Below are positions 37,164 through 45,176 of a stretch of DNA of 64,000 bases, piece by piece (the stretch's first letter is position 1; each line of letters begins with the position of its first letter). Source of the DNA: Candidatus Latescibacterota bacterium (GTDB lineage: Bacteria; Latescibacterota; UBA2968; UBA8231). Under the pieces are notes generated by a model, which did not search any database, had not been told where the DNA came from, and was given only the letters and a program-made list of their open reading frames with translations. A program made the position numbers and the translations under genes. The DNA is taken from assembly GCA_020852055.1 (NCBI GenBank), contig JADZBP010000161.1, forward strand, positions 9,493 through 73,492. The letters are read 5' to 3'.

Positions 37164-38060
37164 ATGCACAAGCGAGATAAATACACCGTGGGCTTGGTGC
37201 AGATGGGCATGGGCCCGGACCTGGCCGCCAACCGCGAAAAGGCCGTGGCCCTGGCCGATCGGGCCGCGGCACAGGGCGCCCGCGTTCTCTGCCTGCCCGA
37301 ACTCTTCGCCAGCCAGTACTTCTGCCAGCGCGAGGCCGCCGAACTCTTCGACCTGGCCGAATCCATCCCCGGCCCTTCCACCGAGGCCCTGGCCCGCGTC
37401 GCCCGCTCGCGCCGGGTGTGGATCATCGCGCCGCTCTTCGAGCGCCGGGCTCCGGGCCTGTACCACAACAGCGCGGTGCTGCTCGACGCCGAAGGGCAGG
37501 TGGCCGGCCTGTACCGCAAGATGCACATCCCCGACGACCCGGCCTATTACGAGAAGTACTATTTCACGCCGGGGGACCTGGGCTTCCGGGCCTTCGATAC
37601 CCCGATGGGGCGGGTGGGGGTGCTGATCTGCTGGGACCAGTGGTACCCGGAAGGGGCGCGGCTTACCGCGCTGCGGGGAGCGGAGATCCTTTTCTATCCC
37701 ACCGCTATCGGCTGGCACCCGCACGAGAAGCAGGTGTACGGTCCCTCGCAGCACGACGCCTGGCGCACCATCCAGCGCAGCCACGCCATCGCCAACGGGG
37801 TGTACGTGGCGGCCATCAACCGCATCGGCCACGAGCAGCCGGTGCCAGGGACAGCCGGCATTGAGTTCTGGGGCCAGAGTTTCCTCGCCGATCCCTTTGG
37901 CCAGGTACTGGCCGAGGGCAGCACGGATCGCGAGGAGGTGCTGCTGGCCGAGGTGGACCCTTCCCGCAGCGAGGAGGTGCGCCGCAACTGGCCCTTCCTG
38001 CGCGACCGCCGCATCGACGCGTACGCCGGCCTGGACCGGCGCTTCCTCGACGAGCCATGA
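37164..38060 (+). CDS. aguB: N-carbamoylputrescine amidase (carbon-nitrogen hydrolase family)
   Basis: 298 aa. CLPELF (Glu), YRKMHIP (Lys), ICWDQWYPE (Cys) catalytic triad context. Immediately precedes aguA with an ATGA overlap. Confidence 0.85.
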   Translation: MHKRDKYTVGLVQMGMGPDLAANREKAVALADRAAAQGARVLCLPELFASQYFCQREAAELFDLAESIPGPSTEALARVARSRRVWIIAPLFERRAPGLYHNSAVLLDAEGQVAGLYRKMHIPDDPAYYEKYYFTPGDLGFRAFDTPMGRVGVLICWDQWYPEGARLTALRGAEILFYPTAIGWHPHEKQVYGPSQHDAWRTIQRSHAIANGVYVAAINRIGHEQPVPGTAGIEFWGQSFLADPFGQVLAEGSTDREEVLLAEVDPSRSEEVRRNWPFLRDRRIDAYAGLDRRFLDEP

Positions 38061-39118
38061 GCACGCCGCGCGAATTGGGATTCGCCATGCCCGCCGAATG
38101 GGCGCCGCATCGGGCCACCTGGTTGGGCTGGCCGCACAACCGGGGGGACTGGCCCGGCAAGATCGCGCCCATCCCCTGGGTGTACGGCGAGATCGTGCGA
38201 AAACTCGCGCCCGGCGAACAGGTCTGCATCCTGGTCAACTCGCCAGCGCATCAGGCCCAGGCCAGCCGGGTGCTCAGGCGCGTGGGCGTGGATCTGGAGG
38301 CGGTCGAGTTTTATCAGTTCCCCACCAACCGGGGCTGGACCCGCGACTTTGGCCCCTTCTTCGTGCGCCGCCAGCAGCCCCGATCCGAGGTGGCCATCGC
38401 CCGCTTCCACTTCAATGCCTGGGCCAAGTACCCTGACTGGGAGTTGGATTGCCAGATCCCGCAGTTCGCCGCAGCCGCGCGCGGGCTGCAGCTCTTCGAG
38501 GCCCGACGCGAGGGGCAGTTGGTGGTGCTGGAGGGGGGGAGTATCGACGTGAACGGCGAGGGCTTGCTGCTTACCACCGAGGAGTGCCTGCTCGACCCTG
38601 AGGTGCAGGTGCGCAATCCGCACCTGGGCCGTGCGGAGATGGAGGTGGTGCTGCGCGAGTACCTGGGGGCCGAGCAGGTGGTGTGGCTGGGGCGGGGTAT
38701 CGCCGGGGACGACACCCACGGGCATGTCGACGATCTGTGCCGCTTTGTGAATGCCCGGACGGTGGTGCTGGCCCACGAGCCAGACGGGGGCGATGCCAAC
38801 CACCGCCCGCTCGAAGAGAACCGCGAACGGCTGGAGGGGCTGCGCCTGCGCGACGGCTCGCGCCTGGAGGTGGTGCGCCTGCCCATGCCCGCGCCGCTCT
38901 ACCTGGATGGACAGCGGCTGCCGGCCAGCTACGCCAATTTCTACATCGGCAACGCCGCGGTGCTGGTGCCCACCTTCAACAATGCCCAGGACCGCCAGGC
39001 GCTGGGCATCCTCGCTGAACTCTTCCCCGACCGCCCGGTGGTGGGCATACACGCCGTGGACCTGGTCTGGGGCCTGGGTACCCTCCATTGCCTGACCCAG
39101 CAGGAGCCGGCGGTCTAG
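38057..39118 (+). CDS. aguA: agmatine deiminase
   Basis: 353 aa. MPAEWAPH, WTRDFGP, GGSIDVNGEG, THGHVDD, and C-terminal GTLHCLTQQ with the catalytic Cys. Confidence 0.9.
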   Translation: MSTPRELGFAMPAEWAPHRATWLGWPHNRGDWPGKIAPIPWVYGEIVRKLAPGEQVCILVNSPAHQAQASRVLRRVGVDLEAVEFYQFPTNRGWTRDFGPFFVRRQQPRSEVAIARFHFNAWAKYPDWELDCQIPQFAAAARGLQLFEARREGQLVVLEGGSIDVNGEGLLLTTEECLLDPEVQVRNPHLGRAEMEVVLREYLGAEQVVWLGRGIAGDDTHGHVDDLCRFVNARTVVLAHEPDGGDANHRPLEENRERLEGLRLRDGSRLEVVRLPMPAPLYLDGQRLPASYANFYIGNAAVLVPTFNNAQDRQALGILAELFPDRPVVGIHAVDLVWGLGTLHCLTQQEPAV

Positions 39119-39119
39119 C

Positions 39120-40451
39120 CTACTCCTTCAGCGGGTGGGTGATCTTCACCACGATCGGGTTCTTCCACTCCCACATGTTGTAGATGCGGTGGGCACTCAT
39201 CACCGACAGGTGCAGGCCTTTTTCGTCCTGGTGCCAGCGCGGGGTCGGGTCGAGGCTGGGGCGGTACTCGAGGATCTTGCCGGCGTGGCCGAGTACCTGC
39301 ACCTGGGTCTGCTCGCTGGCCCGCACGCTTTTCAGGGTGAAGTTGAGGCGGCGGCCGTAGGTGCGGTTGGGGTCCTTGGTGCCGGCGGCGTCCTCGGCCG
39401 CGGCCCAGTCGATATTGGTGACCATGGCGTATACCGCGTCTTCGTTTTTGGCGCAGGTGAACCACACGTCGCCCTCATGGGTCACATGCCGGGGACGCAC
39501 CTGGTAGATGGCTTCGCGATTGACGAAGAGCCACAGGCCCATCTCGTTGATACGGCCGCTTTGTTCAGGAGCCAGCTCGCCGTCGGGGCGCGGGCCGACG
39601 TTCAACAACAGATTGCCGCCCTTGGCGCGGGTTTCGATCAACATCTGGATCAGGGTCTGCCCGGACTTGTAGTTCTCGTTGGTGGGTTTGAATTGCCACT
39701 GGGTGCCCATGGTGAAACAGCTCTCCCAGGGGCCGGCCAGGGGCGCGTCGGGCAGGGTCTGTTCCGGGGTGGCGATGGCCCCGCGGGTGACAACGATCTC
39801 GGGCTGCAGCTGCCAGGCCAGTTCTTTGAGACCCTCGGGCTGGCCGTCGAGGAAGAGCATGTCGATGGGCCCGTACCCGGTCAGCAGCTCGCGCAACTGG
39901 GCCAGGTTGGTCTGCATGAGCCGGGGGTTGTTGAGTGGATCGGCCTCGGGGGTGCCGCGGTTGATGGGGATGCCCTGCTGCCAGAGCACGTGGAAATCGT
40001 CGGGGGAAAAGTAGATGCCGATACCGATGCCCTGCTTGCGGAAGGCGTCGAAGAGCAGGCGGGTCAGGTCGTGCGGGTAGGGCGTATGCATGATGCCGAA
40101 GTCGGTGGTCCGGGTCTCGAACATACAGAACCCGCTGTGGTGTTTGGTGGTGAACACCACGTACTGGACCCCGGCCAGCCGCGCCTGGCGGGCCCACTCG
40201 TCGGGGTCGTACTTGTGGGGATAAAAGGTGCGCGGCAGTTCGGTGAAAAAGCGCTCGGCGTAATCGGGCGAGGCACCCACCAGGGAATGGCTGATCACCA
40301 TGCCCAGTTGGGAGTCGAGGCTCCAGTGGATGAAGAGGCCCAGGCCCAGATCCTGGAACCATTCGAGGCGTTCGGGTTTGTTGCCCGAGGTCTGGCTGGC
40401 CCGGGTGGCTTCCAGATCCTGCTCGCCGCCGTCCTGCGGGGTCTTAGTCAT
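39120..40451 (-). CDS. alpha-L-fucosidase (GH29)
   Basis: 443 aa. FGLFIHWS, KHHSGFCMF, YFSPDD and LLLNVGP are typical GH29 blocks. Confidence 0.85.
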   Translation of the reverse strand: MTKTPQDGGEQDLEATRASQTSGNKPERLEWFQDLGLGLFIHWSLDSQLGMVISHSLVGASPDYAERFFTELPRTFYPHKYDPDEWARQARLAGVQYVVFTTKHHSGFCMFETRTTDFGIMHTPYPHDLTRLLFDAFRKQGIGIGIYFSPDDFHVLWQQGIPINRGTPEADPLNNPRLMQTNLAQLRELLTGYGPIDMLFLDGQPEGLKELAWQLQPEIVVTRGAIATPEQTLPDAPLAGPWESCFTMGTQWQFKPTNENYKSGQTLIQMLIETRAKGGNLLLNVGPRPDGELAPEQSGRINEMGLWLFVNREAIYQVRPRHVTHEGDVWFTCAKNEDAVYAMVTNIDWAAAEDAAGTKDPNRTYGRRLNFTLKSVRASEQTQVQVLGHAGKILEYRPSLDPTPRWHQDEKGLHLSVMSAHRIYNMWEWKNPIVVKITHPLKE

Positions 40452-40485
40452 AACCGTACTCCTTGAGGGTGTCTTCGTCGAAGCC
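40448..40485. repeat. left copy of a 38-bp direct repeat bracketing the mazEF cassette
   Basis: TCATAACCGTACTCCTTGAGGGTGTCTTCGTCGAAGCC matches 41109-41146 at 36 of 38 positions. On the minus strand it encodes a relic ...GFDEDTLKEYGYD* and contains the fucosidase ATG. Confidence 0.8.
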
Positions 40486-40520
40486 GGTGGGGGTGAAAAG
40501 TCCTGCCCAAGGGCAAGGGG

Positions 40521-40853
40521 TCAACCAAGCTCCAACCACAGTTTCAGTGAGATATCGACCTGTCCGGCATCAGCAGGAGCTAGCCGGCCGACAGACTTGA
40601 TGACCAGCGAGGAGTGTACCGTGTAGAGCCCGCGTTTTACGGCGGTGGGGACATTGAGCCCCGCCCCTCGCCAGTCCGCGAGCACGAATTCACCGGTCAG
40701 TAGCGAGTCCGTGCGGCTGGTAAGGGGGAGGATGAAGAGGTCCTGCGATTCGAGGGAAGCACTGACGATGGTGGCAGGGCGGACTTTGGTGCTGGAGAGA
40801 TCTGAAAAAGGATAACGTACCAGGACCAGGTCATTCTTTGAGTAGCTGGGCAT
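40521..40853 (-). CDS. mazF: PemK/MazF family toxin
   Basis: 110 aa. VLVRYPFSDLSSTKVRPATIV N-terminal signature of the MazF/PemK fold. Confidence 0.8.
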   Translation of the reverse strand: MPSYSKNDLVLVRYPFSDLSSTKVRPATIVSASLESQDLFILPLTSRTDSLLTGEFVLADWRGAGLNVPTAVKRGLYTVHSSLVIKSVGRLAPADAGQVDISLKLWLELG

Positions 40854-41034
40854 AAATCTCGTCTTCCGGGTTATCCCAGACCGTGGCCAATGAGGCCTGG
40901 CTGGCTTGGGTCCAGAAAGAGGAATCCTCGTCAGTGGTCAGGGTGACCAATACCTTGCTCCCTTCCGGGAGGTCCAGGTGCTCCAGCAGCTCGATCTTCC
41001 CTTCGTGAACCACGGCCCAAACGGTGTTAAACAT
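40831..41034 (-). CDS. DUF104/AF2212-like antitoxin
   Basis: 67 aa. VVHEGKIELLEHLDLPEGSKVLVTL is the typical DUF104 beta-hairpin. Overlaps mazF by 23 nt. Confidence 0.65.
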   Translation of the reverse strand: MFNTVWAVVHEGKIELLEHLDLPEGSKVLVTLTTDEDSSFWTQASQASLATVWDNPEDEIYAQLLKE

Positions 41035-41104
41035 CGATCACGCTCCTGCGCTAGGTGCCTCAAATATACCTCATCGGAAGGACATCTCAAAAGCACCGTG
41101 GGGG

Positions 41105-41473
41105 TCACTCATAGCCGTACTCCTTGAGGGTGTCTTCGTTGAAGCCCATGAAGTGGGCGATTTCGTGGACCAGGGTGATTTCGATCTCCTCCACCAACTC
41201 TTCCAGGTCGGGGAAGTCTTCCTCCAGGGGGCATTGGTAGAGGGTAATCATCGCCGGCATTTCGCCGCTGTCGTCGAGCCGGCGTTCGGGCAGGGGGGTG
41301 CCGCTGAAGAGTCCGTAGAGCAACTCGTCGGGATCGCCGGTGATCTCCTCGACGACCTCGGGGTCGGGCCAGTCCTCGATGACGATGGCCACGTTCTGCA
41401 TGGCCTGCTGGAAGGGCTGGGGGATCTTCGCCAGGGCGCGCTGGACCAGCTTTTCGAAACGGTGGCGATTCAT
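41105..41473 (-). CDS. zinc metallopeptidase-like protein (DUF1025/zincin family)
   Basis: Start at MNRHRFEKLV (ATG 41473). HEIAH (HExxH) motif. Acidic protein of about 122 aa. The track's 274-aa ORF runs on through repeat A2. Confidence 0.7.
   Translation of the reverse strand: MNRHRFEKLVQRALAKIPQPFQQAMQNVAIVIEDWPDPEVVEEITGDPDELLYGLFSGTPLPERRLDDSGEMPAMITLYQCPLEEDFPDLEELVEEIEITLVHEIAHFMGFNEDTLKEYGYE
41109..41146. repeat. right copy of the 38-bp direct repeat (functional 3' end of the metallopeptidase gene)
   Basis: TCATAGCCGTACTCCTTGAGGGTGTCTTCGTTGAAGCC. On the minus strand it encodes ...GFNEDTLKEYGYE*. Confidence 0.8.
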
Positions 41474-41498
41474 CGGTGGTTCCTCAACAGTGGGCATC

Positions 41499-41616
41499 GA
41501 GGAATAGCCCCTTCGCTCATTCTCGCGCCCCATCCCTGGGGCGCTCCGAGGTCTGTCCTCCAGGGCGCAGTCCTGCGCCCTTTGGAGGACCGAAATCCGC
41601 TCCGGGGCTACTCCTC
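41499..41616 (-). repeat. structured intergenic element, family A, copy A2
   Basis: 13-bp closing helix GAGGAGUAGCCCC/GGGGCUAUUCCUC on the minus-strand RNA, enclosing the two conserved hairpins. Ends 25 nt upstream of ATG 41473. Confidence 0.6.
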
Positions 41617-41676
41617 GCCGCTTGGCTCGGGCTCTAGCCGGCAGGCCGAGTAATGAAACAGTGTCATATCCAATGG

Positions 41677-44600
41677 TCAAAACAACGAAAGCTGCTCGGC
41701 CTCGGCGCGGCGGGGCGGTTCGATGGTTTCTTTTACCAGCAGCGCGGCGGGCAACTCGCGCACGAAGGAGGAGAGGGCGGATTCGAGTCGCTGCCCGTAC
41801 TGTTGCCGGCTGCGGGCGGCCACCAACACCAACTCCTCGCGCGCCCTGGTGAGGCCCACGTAGCAGAGCCGGCGCTCTTCTTCCAGGGTTGCTCCGTTCA
41901 GTGGCAGCAATCCCTCTTCCATCCCGCACAGAAAAACCACCTCGAATTCGAGCCCTCTGGCCGCGTGCAGGGTGAGGAGGCGCACCGCCTCCACGTTGGT
42001 GCTGCGGCGCTCGTAGTCGGCACCAACGCCCAGGGCTACCGTGGCTAGCAATTCTTCCAGTGAGTTCGCCTGCTCGGCCAGTTGGGTTAGGCGCGATAGG
42101 TCCTCATCCTGCCCGTACTCCTGCTGATAGCGGCGCACCAGAGCGGCCGGGGTTTCCTGTTCGGCGAGGCGGCGGTACTCTGCGGCGGCGGCGCACAGGG
42201 TCCGGGCTTCGGGCAGGGTCTCGGCCGCCACCGGGCGGGTCAGTTTCCGGGCCAGCTCGTTTATGGCTTGAGGGCCGGGGTTGAAGGCAGGCAGTTCGAG
42301 GGCCTGGAGCAGGCGCAGGGGTTCCTCGGGTTGGAGCACAAAGCGCAGAAAGGCCAGGGCCTGGCGCACGGGCGGGGCAGCGAGGAAACTCTTCTCCCCC
42401 AGCAGGTGGTAGGGCAGGCCGGCGTGCAGGAAACACTCCTCCAGCATCTGGGCCTGGGCGTGGGTGCGGAAGAGCACGCCGAAGTCGGCGAGGCTGTGCG
42501 CCTTTTTGCTGCGCCCGCTCTGGCGGTCGGACTGCACCATGTCGGCCCCGCCCACCATCCGGCTGATCTCCTGGACCACGGCGATACCCTCGGCCTTTTC
42601 GCCCGGCACCGAGAGCAGACGCAGTTGCGCTCCGCCCTGGCGGGCCGGCCGCAGATGCAGGGGCTGGCGGCCGGGGTTGTGGGTGATGAGGGCAGCGGCG
42701 GCCTGCACGATGGGGGCGGCACAGCGGTAGTTGACTTCGAGATGCACGAGGTGGGCGGCGGGATAATCGGCGAGCAACCGGGCAAAACAGGAGGCATCGG
42801 CGCCGCGGAAACCGTAGATGGCCTGGTCCGGGTCGCCGATGACAAAGAGGCCCTCGCCGCTGCCGGCCAGGGAACGGACGATCTGGTACTGGACCAGGTT
42901 GAGGTCCTGGAACTCGTCGACCAGCACCTGGGTGAAGCCGAGTGACGGTCGCGCCAGGGGATGGCCCACTTCGGTTTTTCTCCAGGCGCGCCCTTCTCCC
43001 TCGCTCGCTATCGCTCCGCTACCCGGCCCCCAACCACGCGGGCTTCCCAGCCCCGCCACTCCCCGAGAAAAACCTTCGGGGCCATTCCCCTGCCGCTCGA
43101 GCAAACCCTCGGGGTCACCTCCCCGCCCCTCGATCATATCCTCAGAGTCATCTCCCGGCCGCTCGTTACGACCGGAGAAATCTTCGTCGCTGGTTTCCAG
43201 CAGATCGAGAAAATCCAGCAGGATCTGGTCGTAGTCCCAGACCTCGTAGCGAGCGAGTTGCTCCTGGTACGCGGCGTAGACTTGTCCCAGTTTTTCATCT
43301 GCCAGTTCTTCTGGTTTCTGGCCATGGGCCTTGGCCTGCATGATGCCCTCGTGTGCGGAGGCCAGGGACAAGCTGACCCCGCTCTCGGCCAGGGCGCGGG
43401 AGAGCAACTGGCGGCTCTCCCATTCGTCGAGCACGGGTTTGAGCGGCAGGCCCAGGTCGGCCATCAGTTGCAGGGCCACCTGATGGAAGGTGCCCACGTG
43501 TAACTCGGCCAGGGCGGCGCCATCGCCGAGCAGGGTTTCGAGGCGCTGGCGCAGTTCAGCGGCGGCCCGTCGGGTGAAGGTGAGGGCCAGGATCTGGCCG
43601 GGCGCAACGCCGCGCTGGCCGATGAGATGGGCGATGCGCTGGGTGAGGGTGCGGGTCTTGCCCGAGCCGGGGCCGGCCACGACCACCACCGGCCTGCCTT
43701 CCATCTCCACGGCCTGCTGTTGGGCCGGATCGAGGTCAGGGGCCACAACCGCAGCGGGCTCCGGGGTATTGGGCGAGGGAGCCTGCGCCGCCACGGTCGG
43801 TGCCTGGGGCGCGGGCGTCGAGGCCGGCAGGGCAAAGAGCAGCTTCTGCCCTTTGAGTTGTTGGCGCTCCTCGTCGGTGAAGAGCTGGATGACCCCGTAC
43901 TCGCCGTCGTACCCGGCGGCGATCTGCACCTGGCCGGTGCGCATGCGCCGCACCCCCTCGGCCACCAGATGCTCACCGGTGGCGGCAATCGCTTCGGGGG
44001 TGGCGTGGCGCAGGATGTACAACTCGGGACCCAGGCTGGCCAGCAGGTGTTGGTACACCGCCTGCACCCTCTTGCTGGCGGGGCCGCTGCCCAGGGCCGA
44101 GCCGATCACCTCGGGCAGGGGGATGAGGTACTCGCAGGGGCGTTTGGGCCCCTCGCCCTCGGGCCGGTCGGCCAGGAGTTCGACCCGGTGCAACACCCCC
44201 ACGGTCAGTTGCTGGCCACAGACCGGGCAGCGGCCCCCGGCGGCCAGGGTCTGCGCGGGTCTCCAGCGCACCTGGCAGTTGCGGTGGCCGTCGCAGTGGT
44301 ACTTGCCCTCCTCGGGGTAGAACTCCAGGGTGCCGGTGAACTGCGCCGGGTCGCGGCTCCTGAGGGCCGCCAACATGGCCGAATAAGAGAGGTCGGTGTC
44401 AAAGCAGGTGCCCTCGCGGGCCAGCTTCTGGGGGGAATGGGCATCGGAATTGGAGACCAGGGCAAAGCGGTCCAGCTCGGCGATGCGGCTGTTCATCGGC
44501 GGGTCGGAGGAGAGGCCGGTCTCCACCGCCGGGATATGGGGCAGGAGGTCCTCGTAACACTCCTCCAGGCTGTCGAAACCCGAGGCCGAACCCAGGGCGG

Positions 44601-45111
44601 CGAAGTGCGGGGTCCAGATATGGGCCGGGATGAAGAGCACCTCGGGGCAGACCTCCAGGCAGATCTCCAACAGATCCCGACTGTCCAGCCCCAGGATGGG
44701 CCGTCCGTCCGACTTGAGATTGCCGATGGCCCCCAGCCGCCGGTTGAGGGCCTCCACCTCGGCAAAGCCAGGCATGACGACCACGTTGTGCACCTTGCGG
44801 GTGCGGCCGTTTTTCTTATAGATGGAGCTGATCTCCACGCTGAGGACGAAACGCACCTCGGCCAGGCACGAGGGCGGCAACTGGGCTTCGACGGGGATGC
44901 GCCAGGTGTCCTTGAGGCGGTAGAGGCCCTCTTCGGCCGGCTCCAGTTGCTCCTGCAACTCGGCCAGCCAGGCCGGGTGGGTGAAGTCGCCGGTGCCCAC
45001 CACGGTGATGCCCTTGAGGGCCGACCAGCGGTGCAGGTTCTCGGGGTTCAGGTCGCGACTGGTGGCCCGGGCGTAGCGGGAGTGGAGATGGATGTCGGCG
45101 ACGAAGCGCAT
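41677..45111 (-). CDS. fusion protein: EndoQ-like PHP-domain nuclease (N-terminal) plus UvrD/PcrA-type SF1 helicase (C-terminal)
   Basis: N-terminal part has DIHLHSRYARATS, NSDAHS and a zinc ribbon CDGHRNC...CPVCG, as in the endonuclease Q/TIGR00375 family. C-terminal part has AGPGSGKT, LTFTRRAA, VDEFQD, GDPDQAIYGFRGA, and LTLHAARGLEFEVVFL. Confidence 0.8.
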   Translation of the reverse strand: MRFVADIHLHSRYARATSRDLNPENLHRWSALKGITVVGTGDFTHPAWLAELQEQLEPAEEGLYRLKDTWRIPVEAQLPPSCLAEVRFVLSVEISSIYKKNGRTRKVHNVVVMPGFAEVEALNRRLGAIGNLKSDGRPILGLDSRDLLEICLEVCPEVLFIPAHIWTPHFAALGSASGFDSLEECYEDLLPHIPAVETGLSSDPPMNSRIAELDRFALVSNSDAHSPQKLAREGTCFDTDLSYSAMLAALRSRDPAQFTGTLEFYPEEGKYHCDGHRNCQVRWRPAQTLAAGGRCPVCGQQLTVGVLHRVELLADRPEGEGPKRPCEYLIPLPEVIGSALGSGPASKRVQAVYQHLLASLGPELYILRHATPEAIAATGEHLVAEGVRRMRTGQVQIAAGYDGEYGVIQLFTDEERQQLKGQKLLFALPASTPAPQAPTVAAQAPSPNTPEPAAVVAPDLDPAQQQAVEMEGRPVVVVAGPGSGKTRTLTQRIAHLIGQRGVAPGQILALTFTRRAAAELRQRLETLLGDGAALAELHVGTFHQVALQLMADLGLPLKPVLDEWESRQLLSRALAESGVSLSLASAHEGIMQAKAHGQKPEELADEKLGQVYAAYQEQLARYEVWDYDQILLDFLDLLETSDEDFSGRNERPGDDSEDMIEGRGGDPEGLLERQGNGPEGFSRGVAGLGSPRGWGPGSGAIASEGEGRAWRKTEVGHPLARPSLGFTQVLVDEFQDLNLVQYQIVRSLAGSGEGLFVIGDPDQAIYGFRGADASCFARLLADYPAAHLVHLEVNYRCAAPIVQAAAALITHNPGRQPLHLRPARQGGAQLRLLSVPGEKAEGIAVVQEISRMVGGADMVQSDRQSGRSKKAHSLADFGVLFRTHAQAQMLEECFLHAGLPYHLLGEKSFLAAPPVRQALAFLRFVLQPEEPLRLLQALELPAFNPGPQAINELARKLTRPVAAETLPEARTLCAAAAEYRRLAEQETPAALVRRYQQEYGQDEDLSRLTQLAEQANSLEELLATVALGVGADYERRSTNVEAVRLLTLHAARGLEFEVVFLCGMEEGLLPLNGATLEEERRLCYVGLTRAREELVLVAARSRQQYGQRLESALSSFVRELPAALLVKETIEPPRRAEAEQLSLF
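42950..43196. repeat. family B repeat copy B2 plus three tandem 33-34-nt units, read in frame inside the helicase gene
   Basis: 42957-43097 aligns with B1 and B3. Units at 43064-43097, 43098-43130 and 43131-43163 share CGA.(C)AAA.CCTCGGGG.CA.CTCCCC.GCCGCT. Translated on the minus strand they give 11-aa repeats (ERPGDDSEDMI / EGRGGDPEGLL / ERQGNGPEGFS). Confidence 0.7.
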
Positions 45112-45176
45112 GATTTCTCCTGAGTGGGACGGGGAGATATATTAGCTGGAGAACAGTCTCGGAGAAAGCCATCGCC

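Noticed and set aside
43064-43163. Tandem 33-34-nt repeats as a possible mini CRISPR array
   Set aside because: The units are directly adjacent with no spacers. They are imperfect and lie inside an open reading frame. No cas genes are in the window.
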